NCBI GenBank assembly: GCA_001275005.1
Contig: JWZX01002756.1
Location: forward strand, 1-33,385
DNA length: 33,385 nucleotides
Reading direction: 5' to 3'
Source: Chrysochromulina tobinii
Lineage: Eukaryota
In this document: one piece after another, positions 24,524 through 33,385 of the stretch
Position numbering within the stretch: position 1 is the stretch's first letter
How the letters are laid out: every line of letters begins with the position of its first letter
Translations under genes and position numbers: made by a program
The notes under the pieces: generated by a model
What the model saw: the letters and a program-made list of their open reading frames with translations, nothing else
What the model was told of the DNA's origin: nothing
Database searches by the model: none

Positions 24524-25465
24524 ATGCTAGAGACTATTAAAAAATTTAAGTCTGTTTTTCTAATTTTAGGAATCTTAGGAACTATTGTATCTCCTAAAGT
24601 ATCCTACGCCTACCCTGTATTTGCTCAAAACGCGTACCAAAACCCGCGTGAAGCAACTGGAAGAATTGTATGTGCAAACTGTCACCTTGCACAAAAACCT
24701 ACTGAAATCGAAGTACCTCAGGCAGTTTTACCGGATACCGTTTTTGAAACTGTTGTAAGTGTTCCTTACGATCTTTCAAGTAAGCAAATTACTGCTGCTG
24801 GGACAAAAGGAGGACTTAACGTTGGTGCGGTAGTGATCCTTCCAGAAGGGTTTAAATTAGCTCCAAAGGAAAGGCTTTCAGATGAGATTAAAGCCAAGAC
24901 TAAGGGTGTTTTTATTCAACCATACAGTAAAGAAAAGCAAAACATTTTAGTTGTAGGTCCTATTTCAGGGGATAAAAACCAAGATATTATTTTCCCTATC
25001 TTATCTCCAGACCCCGCTACTAACAAAGAGGTTAACTACCTAAATTACCCTATATATGTTGGTGCTAATCGTGGTAGAGGGCAAGTATACCCTACGGGTG
25101 AAAAGAGCAATAATACAGCGTTAACGTCAACAGCCGCTGGAAAAGTTACTGCTATTGAGTCTTTAGAGCAAGGTAAGAAGAACTTAATTATCGCGAAAGC
25201 TGATGGAGAAAACGTTACCTTAACGATTCCAGCAGCACTTGATTTAGTAGTAAAAGTAAATGATATCGTTAAAGTGGATCAGCCTTTAACATTAGATCCT
25301 AATGTTGGTGGTTTCGGTCAAACAGAAACAGAAATTATTCTACAGAACCCAAATCGTGTTAAAGGGATGATTGTATTCTTCTTTACAGTAACGGTAGCTC
25401 AAATTTTACTAGTTCTAAAAAAGAAGCAGTTCGAAAAAGTTCAGGCCGCAGAAATGAATTTTTAG
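24524..25465 (+). CDS. petA: Cytochrome f precursor
   Basis: YPVFAQ...CANCH heme motif; C-terminal [16 protein letters not shown]. Confidence 0.99.
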   Translation: MLETIKKFKSVFLILGILGTIVSPKVSYAYPVFAQNAYQNPREATGRIVCANCHLAQKPTEIEVPQAVLPDTVFETVVSVPYDLSSKQITAAGTKGGLNVGAVVILPEGFKLAPKERLSDEIKAKTKGVFIQPYSKEKQNILVVGPISGDKNQDIIFPILSPDPATNKEVNYLNYPIYVGANRGRGQVYPTGEKSNNTALTSTAAGKVTAIESLEQGKKNLIIAKADGENVTLTIPAALDLVVKVNDIVKVDQPLTLDPNVGGFGQTETEIILQNPNRVKGMIVFFFTVTVAQILLVLKKKQFEKVQAAEMNF

Positions 25466-25502
25466 TTAATCTTTTAAGGAGTTAAAATTTAAGGGGTTAA
25501 AA

Positions 25503-25553
25503 AAATCTAGAAAATTTTGATAGTATTGAGTACTATCAAAATTTTCTAGATTT
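25503..25553. terminator. 23-bp perfect hairpin between convergent petA and psbX
   Basis: AAATCTAGAAAATTTTGATAGTA-ttgag-TACTATCAAAATTTTCTAGATTT. Confidence 0.85.
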
Positions 25554-25556
25554 ATA

Positions 25557-25676
25557 CTATCCGCGAAGAATTTTATCCGACGAACTTACAAATACTAAAG
25601 CAGCGGAAATCGGAATAACAACAATAATTACCGCAAGAAAAACACTACTTAGAAACGCACTTAATGAAGGTGTCAT
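25557..25676 (-). CDS. psbX: Photosystem II protein X
   Basis: Manual translation MTPSLSAFLSSVFLAVIIVVIPISAALVFVSSSDKILRG* (39 aa). Confidence 0.94.
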   Translation of the reverse strand: MTPSLSAFLSSVFLAVIIVVIPISAALVFVSSSDKILRG

Positions 25677-25748
25677 ATAGATAATTTTAAGTTTAATCTT
25701 CAAAAGATTATAGCATAAAACAAAATTAACTAAATAAGCGTTTTTACT

Positions 25749-25979
25749 TTAAGCCTTACCTACCACAAATGGTAATAAGGCAGCTATGCGTGCTGTTTTA
25801 ATACATTTTGTGATCTTTTTTTGTTCTTTCGATGTCACACCAGTAACACGACGCGGAAGAATCTTTCCTTGGTCACTAAGAAAATTACCTAAAACTTTAA
25901 CATCCTTGTATGTAAGAGAAGCAAAATCTATTGCTTCTTTGTTTTCTTTGTTTTCTTGGTTTACTAAATATGCAGCCAT
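25749..25979 (-). CDS. rps18: 30S ribosomal protein S18
   Basis: YKDV..L..FLSDQGKILPRRVTG, IKTARIAALLPF. Confidence 0.96.
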   Translation of the reverse strand: MAAYLVNQENKENKEAIDFASLTYKDVKVLGNFLSDQGKILPRRVTGVTSKEQKKITKCIKTARIAALLPFVVGKA

Positions 25980-25999
25980 AAAAAACCCTATAATAATTT

Positions 26000-26170
26000 C
26001 TATTTAATCTCTTTAAAAATTTCGTGTCGCTTCGTTACAGGTGAATATTTTTTTAACTCTAAACGCTCTGTAGTGTTTCGACGATTTTTTGATGTATGAT
26101 AACGATAAACACCCGCTTCACATCTATGTTCTAAAGTGATGCGAATTCTAGACCCCTTGCTTTTAGCCAT
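26000..26170 (-). CDS. rpl33: 50S ribosomal protein L33
   Basis: Manual translation [56 protein letters not shown] (56 aa); upstream of rps18. Confidence 0.95.
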   Translation of the reverse strand: MAKSKGSRIRITLEHRCEAGVYRYHTSKNRRNTTERLELKKYSPVTKRHEIFKEIK

Positions 26171-26324
26171 AAAAGTTACTGCTTAATTTTCTTCATTTCT
26201 TATTATAAGTTATATAAAAAACAAATAAAAGTCAAATTACAACTTTTTAGAGAAAAAAGGCTTTTCGAAAAGTTAATTGTTTGCTATAATATTCTTGTAT
26301 ATTTAGATCGGACAAATGTTTTAA

Positions 26325-26397
26325 GCTGGTGTAGCTCAATTGGTAGAGCAACTGATTTGTAATCAGTCGGTTATGAGTTCAAGTCTCTTCACTAGCT
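26325..26397 (+). tRNA. trnT: tRNA-Thr(UGU)
   Basis: ACTGA-TT-TGT-AA-TCAGT anticodon arm; TGCTATAAT extended -10 at 26282-26290. Confidence 0.95.
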
Positions 26398-26463
26398 ATT
26401 TAAAGCATTCTTATCAAAAAAAATAATATCGGTTAGAATGTAAATACAATTAATTAAAATAGA

Positions 26464-26754
26464 TTGTTGCAAACTGTTATGAGTACTTTAATTCTTATTC
26501 TTTGTGGAGGACTTGTAGGGTTTTTAAAATTCTATATAATCCTTTTAACTTTACGCGTTTATTTAACATGGTTTCCTAACATAAACATTTATGCTCAGCC
26601 ATTTTCTTCATTAGGGAAAATTACCGACCCTTATTTAAGACTGTTTAGAGGAATTCTGCCACCTCTTATTGGTCTTGATTTATCTCCTTTATTAAGTTTT
26701 ATTTTTTTGACCTTTTTAATTGACGTTTTTTCAAGTTTCACAAGTATTAAGTAA
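26464..26754 (+). CDS. ycf19: YGGT-family membrane protein Ycf19 (start TTG 26464 or ATG 26479)
   Basis: RVYLTWFPNIN..QPFS.L..ITDPYLRLFRGILPP..GLDLSP. Confidence 0.93.
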   Translation: MLQTVMSTLILILCGGLVGFLKFYIILLTLRVYLTWFPNINIYAQPFSSLGKITDPYLRLFRGILPPLIGLDLSPLLSFIFLTFLIDVFSSFTSIK

Positions 26755-26884
26755 CGTAACTTTTTTAAAACTCTTTTAATAAGTGGGTTTAACCAAAACC
26801 TCTGGTAAAACAAATCAAGTATAATTATATAAGAAATACTATTTCAAATAATATTAAACTAAATAAACAATTTAGCTAAAAACA

Positions 26885-28345
26885 ATGGCCGAAAAGCAAA
26901 GTAATGAATCAGAAGTTATTTTAGATGCTATTGTTACAACTCCATATAAATATGGTTTCAAAACAGACATCGACATCGAAGAGTTTGAAAAAGGTTTAAG
27001 TTTAGACACTGTTAAAAAAATTAGTAGAAAAAAAGATGAACCTTTATTTTTACGGAATTTTCGCGAAAAAGCTTTTAAAAATTGGACAAAAATGGTAAGC
27101 CCAGAATGGGCCTCTTTAGAACTACCTAAAATTAATTACGATAATATCCAATATTATTCAATACCAAAAACAAAAAAAAAACTTGGGAGTTTAGATGAAG
27201 CAGATCCTGAACTTCTTAAAACCTTCGAGAAGTTAGGAGTTTCGTTAAACGAACAAAAAATGTTAACAAATGTAGCCGTTGACGCCGTTTTTGACAGCGT
27301 TTCAATTGGAACAACATTTAAAAAACAACTCCAAAAATTTGGAGTAATTTTTTGTTCTATTTCCGAGGCTATTAAAACCTATCCAGAATTAGTTGAAAGG
27401 TATCTCGGTAGAGTAGTACCGATTGGAGATAACTATTTTTCTGCGTTAAATTCAGCTGTTTTTAGTGATGGTTCTTTTTGTTACATTCCAAAAGATATAG
27501 TTTGCCCCATGGAGCTTTCTACCTACTTCCGTATAAATAACGAAGAAGCCGGTCAATTTGAACGAACTTTAATTATCGCCGAAGAAAGAAGTTCTATAAG
27601 TTATCTCGAAGGTTGTACAGCACCAAAATTTAGCACAAACCAATTACATGCCGCAGTTGTTGAGCTAGTAGCCCTTGATAACGCCGTAATAAAATATTCT
27701 ACTGTACAAAATTGGTACGCCGGTGACGAAAAAGGTATAGGGGGGGTGTTCAATTTTGTTACTAAAAGAGGACTATGCTCTGGGAAAAACGCCCGTATAA
27801 GTTGGACACAAGTTGAAACCGGATCAAGCATTACATGGAAATATCCAAGTTGTGTTTTATCGGGACAAAATTCGGTCGGCGAATTCTTTTCCGTTGCTTT
27901 AACAAGTAATAAACAACAAGCAGATACCGGGACAAAAATGATTCATTTGGCTTCTAAAACACGAAGTCGCATCGTTTCAAAAGGAATTTCGGCTGGTCGA
28001 TCAAGAAACAGCTATCGCGGACTAGTCAAAATAGGCCCTAAAGCGTTTCGAACACAAAATTATACGCAATGTGATTCGTTGTTAATAGGTAAAGAATCAA
28101 GCGCAAATACCTTTCCTTACATTCAGGCACAAAATAGTTATACGCAAGTTGAACATGAAGCTTCAACATCCCGAATTGCAGAAGAACAACTCTTCTATTT
28201 ACTCCAACGAGGTATAAATGCAGAAGAAGCCGTTTCATTAATGGTAAACGGTTTTTGTAAAGAGGTTTTTAATGAGTTACCTCTTGAGTTTGCATCTGAA
28301 GCAGATCGTCTATTAAGTTTAAAACTTGAAGGATCCGTAGGTTAA
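26885..28345 (+). CDS. sufB: Fe-S cluster assembly protein SufB (ycf24)
   Basis: [41 protein letters not shown]. Confidence 0.98.
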   Translation: MAEKQSNESEVILDAIVTTPYKYGFKTDIDIEEFEKGLSLDTVKKISRKKDEPLFLRNFREKAFKNWTKMVSPEWASLELPKINYDNIQYYSIPKTKKKLGSLDEADPELLKTFEKLGVSLNEQKMLTNVAVDAVFDSVSIGTTFKKQLQKFGVIFCSISEAIKTYPELVERYLGRVVPIGDNYFSALNSAVFSDGSFCYIPKDIVCPMELSTYFRINNEEAGQFERTLIIAEERSSISYLEGCTAPKFSTNQLHAAVVELVALDNAVIKYSTVQNWYAGDEKGIGGVFNFVTKRGLCSGKNARISWTQVETGSSITWKYPSCVLSGQNSVGEFFSVALTSNKQQADTGTKMIHLASKTRSRIVSKGISAGRSRNSYRGLVKIGPKAFRTQNYTQCDSLLIGKESSANTFPYIQAQNSYTQVEHEASTSRIAEEQLFYLLQRGINAEEAVSLMVNGFCKEVFNELPLEFASEADRLLSLKLEGSVG

Positions 28346-28400
28346 GCTTTTAAGCTGTAACCCAATTTCAAGTATATTTAATACTAAATTTTAATAAAGA

Positions 28401-29881
28401 ATGAATTTTTTAAACGAGTTTGTACTTTTACTAAAATCAAGATATCCCATTATATATATATGTACAAACGAGGAAGAACGTATTGAATACTTGATGAGGT
28501 ATTGCGCAAAAAAATATGTATCGCGTACATATAATTCATGGGATTTTGTTGAAGGGTACCAAGAAAATCCAAATGATTCTGGGTTTGCCGCACGGAATCC
28601 TTTAGAAGCGCTTGAGCTGATCGAAAAAATGACATCTGAAACGCCAGCATTATTCGTTCTAAAAGACTATGACAATTTTTTAAAGGATTTTTCTATAATT
28701 CGGAAATTAAAAAATTTGAGCCGTAAATTAAAAACCCAACCCAAAAATATCGTAATAATTTCCTCAGAAATAAATATTCCGGATTCATTAAATGAATATG
28801 TTACTCTTTTAGAATTCCCTCTACCAAAATATTCTGAAATTCTAGAAGAGTTAAATCGATTAATTTCATCCATGCAAAAACAGATTGATAAAGAAATTGT
28901 TTACAATCTTGCGACAGCTTGCCAAGGTTTATCTCTTGAAAGAATTCGACGTGTATTGTCAAAAGTGATTGCAAAGGATGGAGAAATTAACGAAAAAAGT
29001 CCGTTACTTGTTTTACAAGAAAAACGACAAATTATTCAACAAACTCAACTACTAGAATTTTGTTTGACTAATAAAAGTTTAGAGGATATAGGGGGCTTGG
29101 ATACTTTAAGGATTGGCTGAAAGTACGTGAGCGTGCATTTTCACAAGAAGCTATAAATTACGGATTACCTTACCCCAAAGGGCTATTGTTAGTAGGGGTT
29201 CAAGGTACTGGAAAATCCATAGCAGCAAAAATATTGGCTTATGAATGGAAACTTCCATTATTACGATTAGATTTTGGACGGTTATTTGCTTCTCTAATAG
29301 GGCAATCGGAGCAACGTGTCAGAAAAATGATTGAAATCGCTGAAGCCCTATCACCATGTGTTTTATGGGTCGATGAAATTGATAAAGCTTTCGCGGGGGC
29401 TCAGAGTAGTGGTGATAGTGGTACCACTAGCAGAGTTTTGTCCACATTTATTACTTGGTTATCGGAAAAAACATCACCCGTTTTTGTTGTAGCTACGGCT
29501 AATAATATTGATTACATCCCTGCAGAAATACTTAGGAAAGGGCGCTTCGATGAAATGTTTTTTGTAAATTTACCTACTCGTGAAGAACGTGAAGATATTT
29601 TTAAAGTTCACCTTAATAAGTACAGACCTGAAGGTGTCAAAAATTTCCAAATCTCTTTATTCAGCGAACTAACAAAAGAATTTTCAGGAGCCGAAATTGA
29701 GCAGGTAGTTATTGAAGCAATGCGAATAGGTTTTAATGAAAACCGTGAATTTGATAATAAAGATATGGTAATTTCCATACAAAATTTAGTTCCTTTAGCA
29801 AGAACCAAAAGTAAAGAACTTGATTTATTAAAGGAATGGTCCGAATCAGGTAACGTAACTAATGCATCCAAATATCGATAG
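28401..29881 (+). CDS. ycf46: AAA+ ATPase Ycf46, split by a 1-nt deletion near 29103-29110
   Basis: ORF 28401-29120 (SRYPIIYI.TNEEER) continues in the -1 frame as KDWLKVRERAFS...GLPYPKGLLLVGVQGTGKS...CVLWVDEIDKAF...RKGRFDE; repaired length is 493 aa. Confidence 0.92.
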
Positions 29882-29989
29882 GTTAGTTTTAACTAATAAA
29901 TAATACCCGACGAGTATTTACATTCAATAGTCTTATTGTTAAAATTTGCAATTACGGTGTGGCAAAACTAATTTAAAATTAAAATAATA

Positions 29990-30376
29990 ATGTCAGGGTT
30001 ACAAAATATCGATCTAGATTTAGATATATTTTACAAAAAGGATAATTTACCTAAAATTTCAGTAGGGGATAAAATAAAAGTCGTTATATATTTAGAATTA
30101 CCTAAAGAAATTGGTGAGAAGGAGAAAAAAGAAAAGGAAAGAACTCAAGCATTTGAAGGAGTTGTTATTTCGAAACACTTATCAAATCAAAAAATTGATT
30201 CTACGATAAGAGTACGAAAAATGTTCCCTGGTGGTGGTGCTGAAAAAGTCTTTTTACTAAATTCACCGTGGATTAAGAGCATAGAGGTACTTGGAAACTC
30301 TATAGTAAGGCGTTCTAAACTATATTACTTAAGAGAAAAAACTGGAAAATCTGCAAGACTTAAGAACCGTTTATAA
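29990..30376 (+). CDS. rpl19: 50S ribosomal protein L19
   Basis: LPKISVGD, ERTQAFEGVVI, VRRSKLYYLR. Confidence 0.94.
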   Translation: MSGLQNIDLDLDIFYKKDNLPKISVGDKIKVVIYLELPKEIGEKEKKEKERTQAFEGVVISKHLSNQKIDSTIRVRKMFPGGGAEKVFLLNSPWIKSIEVLGNSIVRRSKLYYLREKTGKSARLKNRL

Positions 30377-30426
30377 TTGTTTTTTTAAGCATATTATATA
30401 AATACTCAGTTTTTGAAAGATAAATT

Positions 30427-30930
30427 ATGAAAACCTACCTAATAAAAATAAGTGAAAGGCTTCTTGCTGTTTTGGCTTTTATTTTTCCTTTTACAGAAAT
30501 TTCGTATTTTTTTGGGGCAAAAGTATTCTTAAGTACTGAAAGTATACCTCTCAAACTTTTTTACTTAAACCATATAGCAAAACTTGCCAGTTTTTATGAA
30601 GCAAATGTTTATTTAGTGTTTGCTATTATGTTAGGAATATTTATCGTATGCTCGCGAGGAACTATTCGCCTTACAAAATTTGTTCGTTTTAATGTTATAC
30701 AAGCAATTTTATTAAATATTGTTTGTCAATGTATAGGGTCCATCTACGGCTTTTTACCAATAATTTTACGTGAAAGTACTCTAGGGGTTTTATTAGCCAA
30801 CTTTTTTTACTTCGGTACAATAATAATAATGGCCTATTCGTCTTTTTTAATTTTCTGTGGACGTTACCCTAAAATACCAATACTTACAGAGGCGGCAAAG
30901 TTACAGGTGCAAAGAGGTTACTTAGATTAA
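30427..30930 (+). CDS. ycf60: Tic20-like protein Ycf60
   Basis: FVRFNVIQAILL and GRYPKIPILTEAAKLQV Tic20-family motifs; several hydrophobic helices. Confidence 0.85.
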   Translation: MKTYLIKISERLLAVLAFIFPFTEISYFFGAKVFLSTESIPLKLFYLNHIAKLASFYEANVYLVFAIMLGIFIVCSRGTIRLTKFVRFNVIQAILLNIVCQCIGSIYGFLPIILRESTLGVLLANFFYFGTIIIMAYSSFLIFCGRYPKIPILTEAAKLQVQRGYLD

Positions 30931-30951
30931 AAACTCTAATAATGGTGTCAA

Positions 30952-31018
30952 AAAAGATTTAGAGTAAAAAAAAGGTCCCTATATTCCTATAGGGACTTTT
31001 TTTTACTCTAAATCTTTT
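30952..31018. terminator. 31-bp hairpin (one bulge) between ycf60 and the rRNA promoter
   Basis: AAAAGATTTAGAGTAAAAAAAA-g-GTCCCTATA-ttcc-TATAGGGACTTTTTTTTACTCTAAATCTTTT. Confidence 0.85.
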
Positions 31019-31236
31019 CTGTTAGGGTTTCGCGACGGATCGTTTGATAGAAAACCGAAAGTAAAAAGGGAAATAAAAAAGATTACAACGGTATAAACTA
31101 AAATCTTTAACGTGAACATAGTTCAAAATTTATTAACTTAGCAAAATAAGCAAAATACTAATGCAGGCATTTAATGATGCTTATTATTTTACATACTATT
31201 ATATTCTGTATTTGTTAGAATTTCAAATTTAAATGC

Positions 31237-31266
31237 TTGACACAATCGTAAATCATTTGGTATTAT
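31237..31266 (+). promoter_or_regulatory. Sigma70-type promoter of rRNA operon B
   Basis: TTGACA (31237-31242), 18-nt spacer ending TGG, TATTAT (31261-31266). Confidence 0.8.
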
Positions 31267-31315
31267 CTGTCATAGATTAAAAGTTTAATTTTCACTAATT
31301 AAAAAAAGAAGAAGT

Positions 31316-31318
31316 ACC

Positions 31319-31357
<39 letters not shown>

Positions 31358-31531
31358 TATGCTTAACACATGCAAGTCGAACGAAAGTTTTTAACTTTAG
31401 TGGCGAACGGGTGAGTAATACGTGAGAATCTGCCCTTAGGAGAAGAATAACTGCTGGAAACGGTTGCTAAATCTTCATATGTCGAGAGATGAAATAGCTT
31501 AAGCTGCCTAAGGATGAGCTCACGCCTGATT

Positions 31532-31563
<32 letters not shown>

Positions 31564-31593
31564 CACGATCAGTAGCTGGTTTGAGAGAACGAC

Positions 31594-31629
<36 letters not shown>

Positions 31630-31766
31630 CCGGGAGGCAGCAGTGAGGAATTTTCCGCAATGGGCGAAAGCCTGACGGAGCAATACCGCGTGAGGGATGA
31701 AGGATTTTGGTCTGTAAACCTCTTTTCTCAAGAAAGAAGTTCTGACGGTACTTGAGGAATAAGCAT

Positions 31767-31804
<38 letters not shown>

Positions 31805-32035
31805 ATGCAAGCGTTATCCGGAATGATTGGGCGTAAAGCGCCTGTAGGTTGTTTATTAAGTCCGTTGTTAAAGCCTAGGGCTTAACCCTAGAAAAGCAAT
31901 GGAAACTAGTAGACTAGAGTATGGCAGGGGTAGAGGGAATTTCTAGTGTAGCGGTGAAATGCGTAGATATTAGAAAGAACACCGGTGGCGAAAGCGCTCT
32001 ACTGGACCATTACTGACACTCAGAGGCGAAAGCTA

Positions 32036-32069
<34 letters not shown>

Positions 32070-32163
32070 TAGCCGTAAACGATGGATACTAGATGTTGTG
32101 CATTATGTACAGTATCGTAGCTAACGCGTTAAGTATCCCGCCTGGGGAGTACGCTCGCAAGGG

Positions 32164-32225
<62 letters not shown>

Positions 32226-32310
32226 CAACGCGAAGAACCTTACCAGGGCTTGACATACTACGAATTTTCTTGAAAGAGAAAAGTGCCTTCGGGAATGTAG
32301 ATACAGGTGG

Positions 32311-32376
<66 letters not shown>

Positions 32377-32633
32377 TTTTTAGTTACCAATTCGTTGGGT
32401 TCTCTAGAAAGACTGCCGGTGACAAACCGGAGGAAGGTGAGGATGACGTCAAGTCAGCATGCCCCTTATGTCCTGGGCTACACACGTGCTACAATGGTTA
32501 AGACAAAGAGTTGCGAACTTGTAAAAGTCAGCTAATCTCGTAAACTTAGCCTAAGTTCAGATTGTAGGCTGCAACTCGCCTGCATGAAGTTGGAATCGCT
32601 AGTAATCGCTGGTCAGCTATACAGCGGTGAATC

Positions 32634-32675
<42 letters not shown>

Positions 32676-32798
32676 CTGGTCATACCCGAAACCGTTAGTT
32701 TAACCGCGAGGAGAACGACGTCTAAGGTAGGGCTAGTGACTGGGGTGAAGTCGTAACAAGGTAGCCGTACTGGAAGGTGCGGCTGGATCACCTCCTTT
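31316..32798 (+). rRNA. rrs: Plastid 16S rRNA, complete (operon copy B)
   Basis: AGAGTTTGATCCTGGCTCAG, GTGCCAGCAGCCGCGGTAA, AAACTCAAAGGAATTGACGG, AAGTCGTAACAAGG, anti-SD GATCACCTCCTT. Confidence 0.98.
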
Positions 32799-32903
32799 TA
32801 GGGATTTTAAGTCATCAATTGTATGACACTAATTATCAGTTTGCATATACAACTTTTAAATCATTTAAGATCTATAGCTAAGTTTTATTTAGTTTTTAGT
32901 AAT

Positions 32904-32976
32904 GGGGGTATAGCTCAGTTGGTAGAGCGCTGCTTTTGCACGGCAGATGTCAGCGGTTCGAATCCGCTTATCTCCA
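32904..32976 (+). tRNA. trnA: tRNA-Ala(UGC) in the rRNA spacer
   Basis: GGGGGTA/TATCTCC acceptor with G3-U70; anticodon TT-TGC-AC. Confidence 0.96.
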
Positions 32977-33022
32977 AAAACCAAGCAGAGTAATAGAATA
33001 TTGAAATTTTTGAAATAGAAAA

Positions 33023-33385
33023 AGTCAAGCGAATAAGAGCTTACGACGGATACCTTGGTGTTCAGAAGCGATGAAGGGCGTGGCTACCGACGATACGTTT
33101 CGGGGAACTGGAAGCAAGTTTTGATCCGAAAATACCCGAATAAGGAAACTTCAATAGAACTTCCTCTTGAATACATAAAGAGGAAAGAGCAAACCTAGTG
33201 AATTGAAACATCTTAGTAACTAGAGGAAAAGAAAGCAAAAGCGATTCTCTTAGTAGCGGCGAGCGAAAAGGGATTAGTCTAAACTCTATTATAGAGGGTT
33301 GTGGGACAACGTTATTCAAATAGACGTGTTAGATGAAACAGCTGGAATGCTGTGCCATAGTGGGTGAAAGCCCCGTAATCGAAAG
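33023..33385 (+). rRNA. rrl: 23S rRNA, 5' part (truncated by the window end; start approximate)
   Basis: GGATACCTTGG...GCGATGAAGGGCG, GAATTGAAACATCTTAGTA, AGTAGCGGCGAGCGAA. Confidence 0.95.

Larger units (their letters stand above)
31274..33385. repeat. rDNA inverted repeat, copy B (only 31274-31590 can be compared within this window)
   Basis: Reverse-complement match to 1-318; extent beyond 31590 is inferred from the rRNA operon. Confidence 0.8.

Noticed and set aside
31293..31301. CACTAATTA present in both the rRNA leader and the spacer (32827-32835) as a boxA-like antiterminator
   Set aside because: It is short and AT-rich, unlike the boxA consensus, and copy A has CAATAATTA at the same place.

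Overview
This is an AT-rich red-lineage algal plastid genome segment, most consistent with a prymnesiophyte haptophyte. Supporting markers: thiS, ycf19, ycf35, ycf46, ycf60, secA, secG and tatC are present; cbbX is detached from rbcLS; sufB has no adjacent sufC; and the 16S-23S spacer carries only trnA. The window spans one complete single-copy region (319-31273) between two outward-pointing, non-identical rRNA operons. It holds about 31 protein genes, 12 tRNA genes and many long 3' hairpins. I see no mobile element, intron, CRISPR array or unassigned long ORF, and no convincing wholly new system. The best leads are four. (1) An in-frame TAA in clpC, a 1-nt frameshift in ycf46, and single-base non-conservative changes in psbT, psbB and psaA; these could be sequence error, RNA editing or a decaying copy. 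(2) The two 16S copies differ at 4 sites, including a compensatory base pair. (3) Similarity between the repeats begins at the predicted transcription start, while the two promoters differ in sequence but share the same architecture. (4) A 50-nt tract is identical between psaA and psaB.
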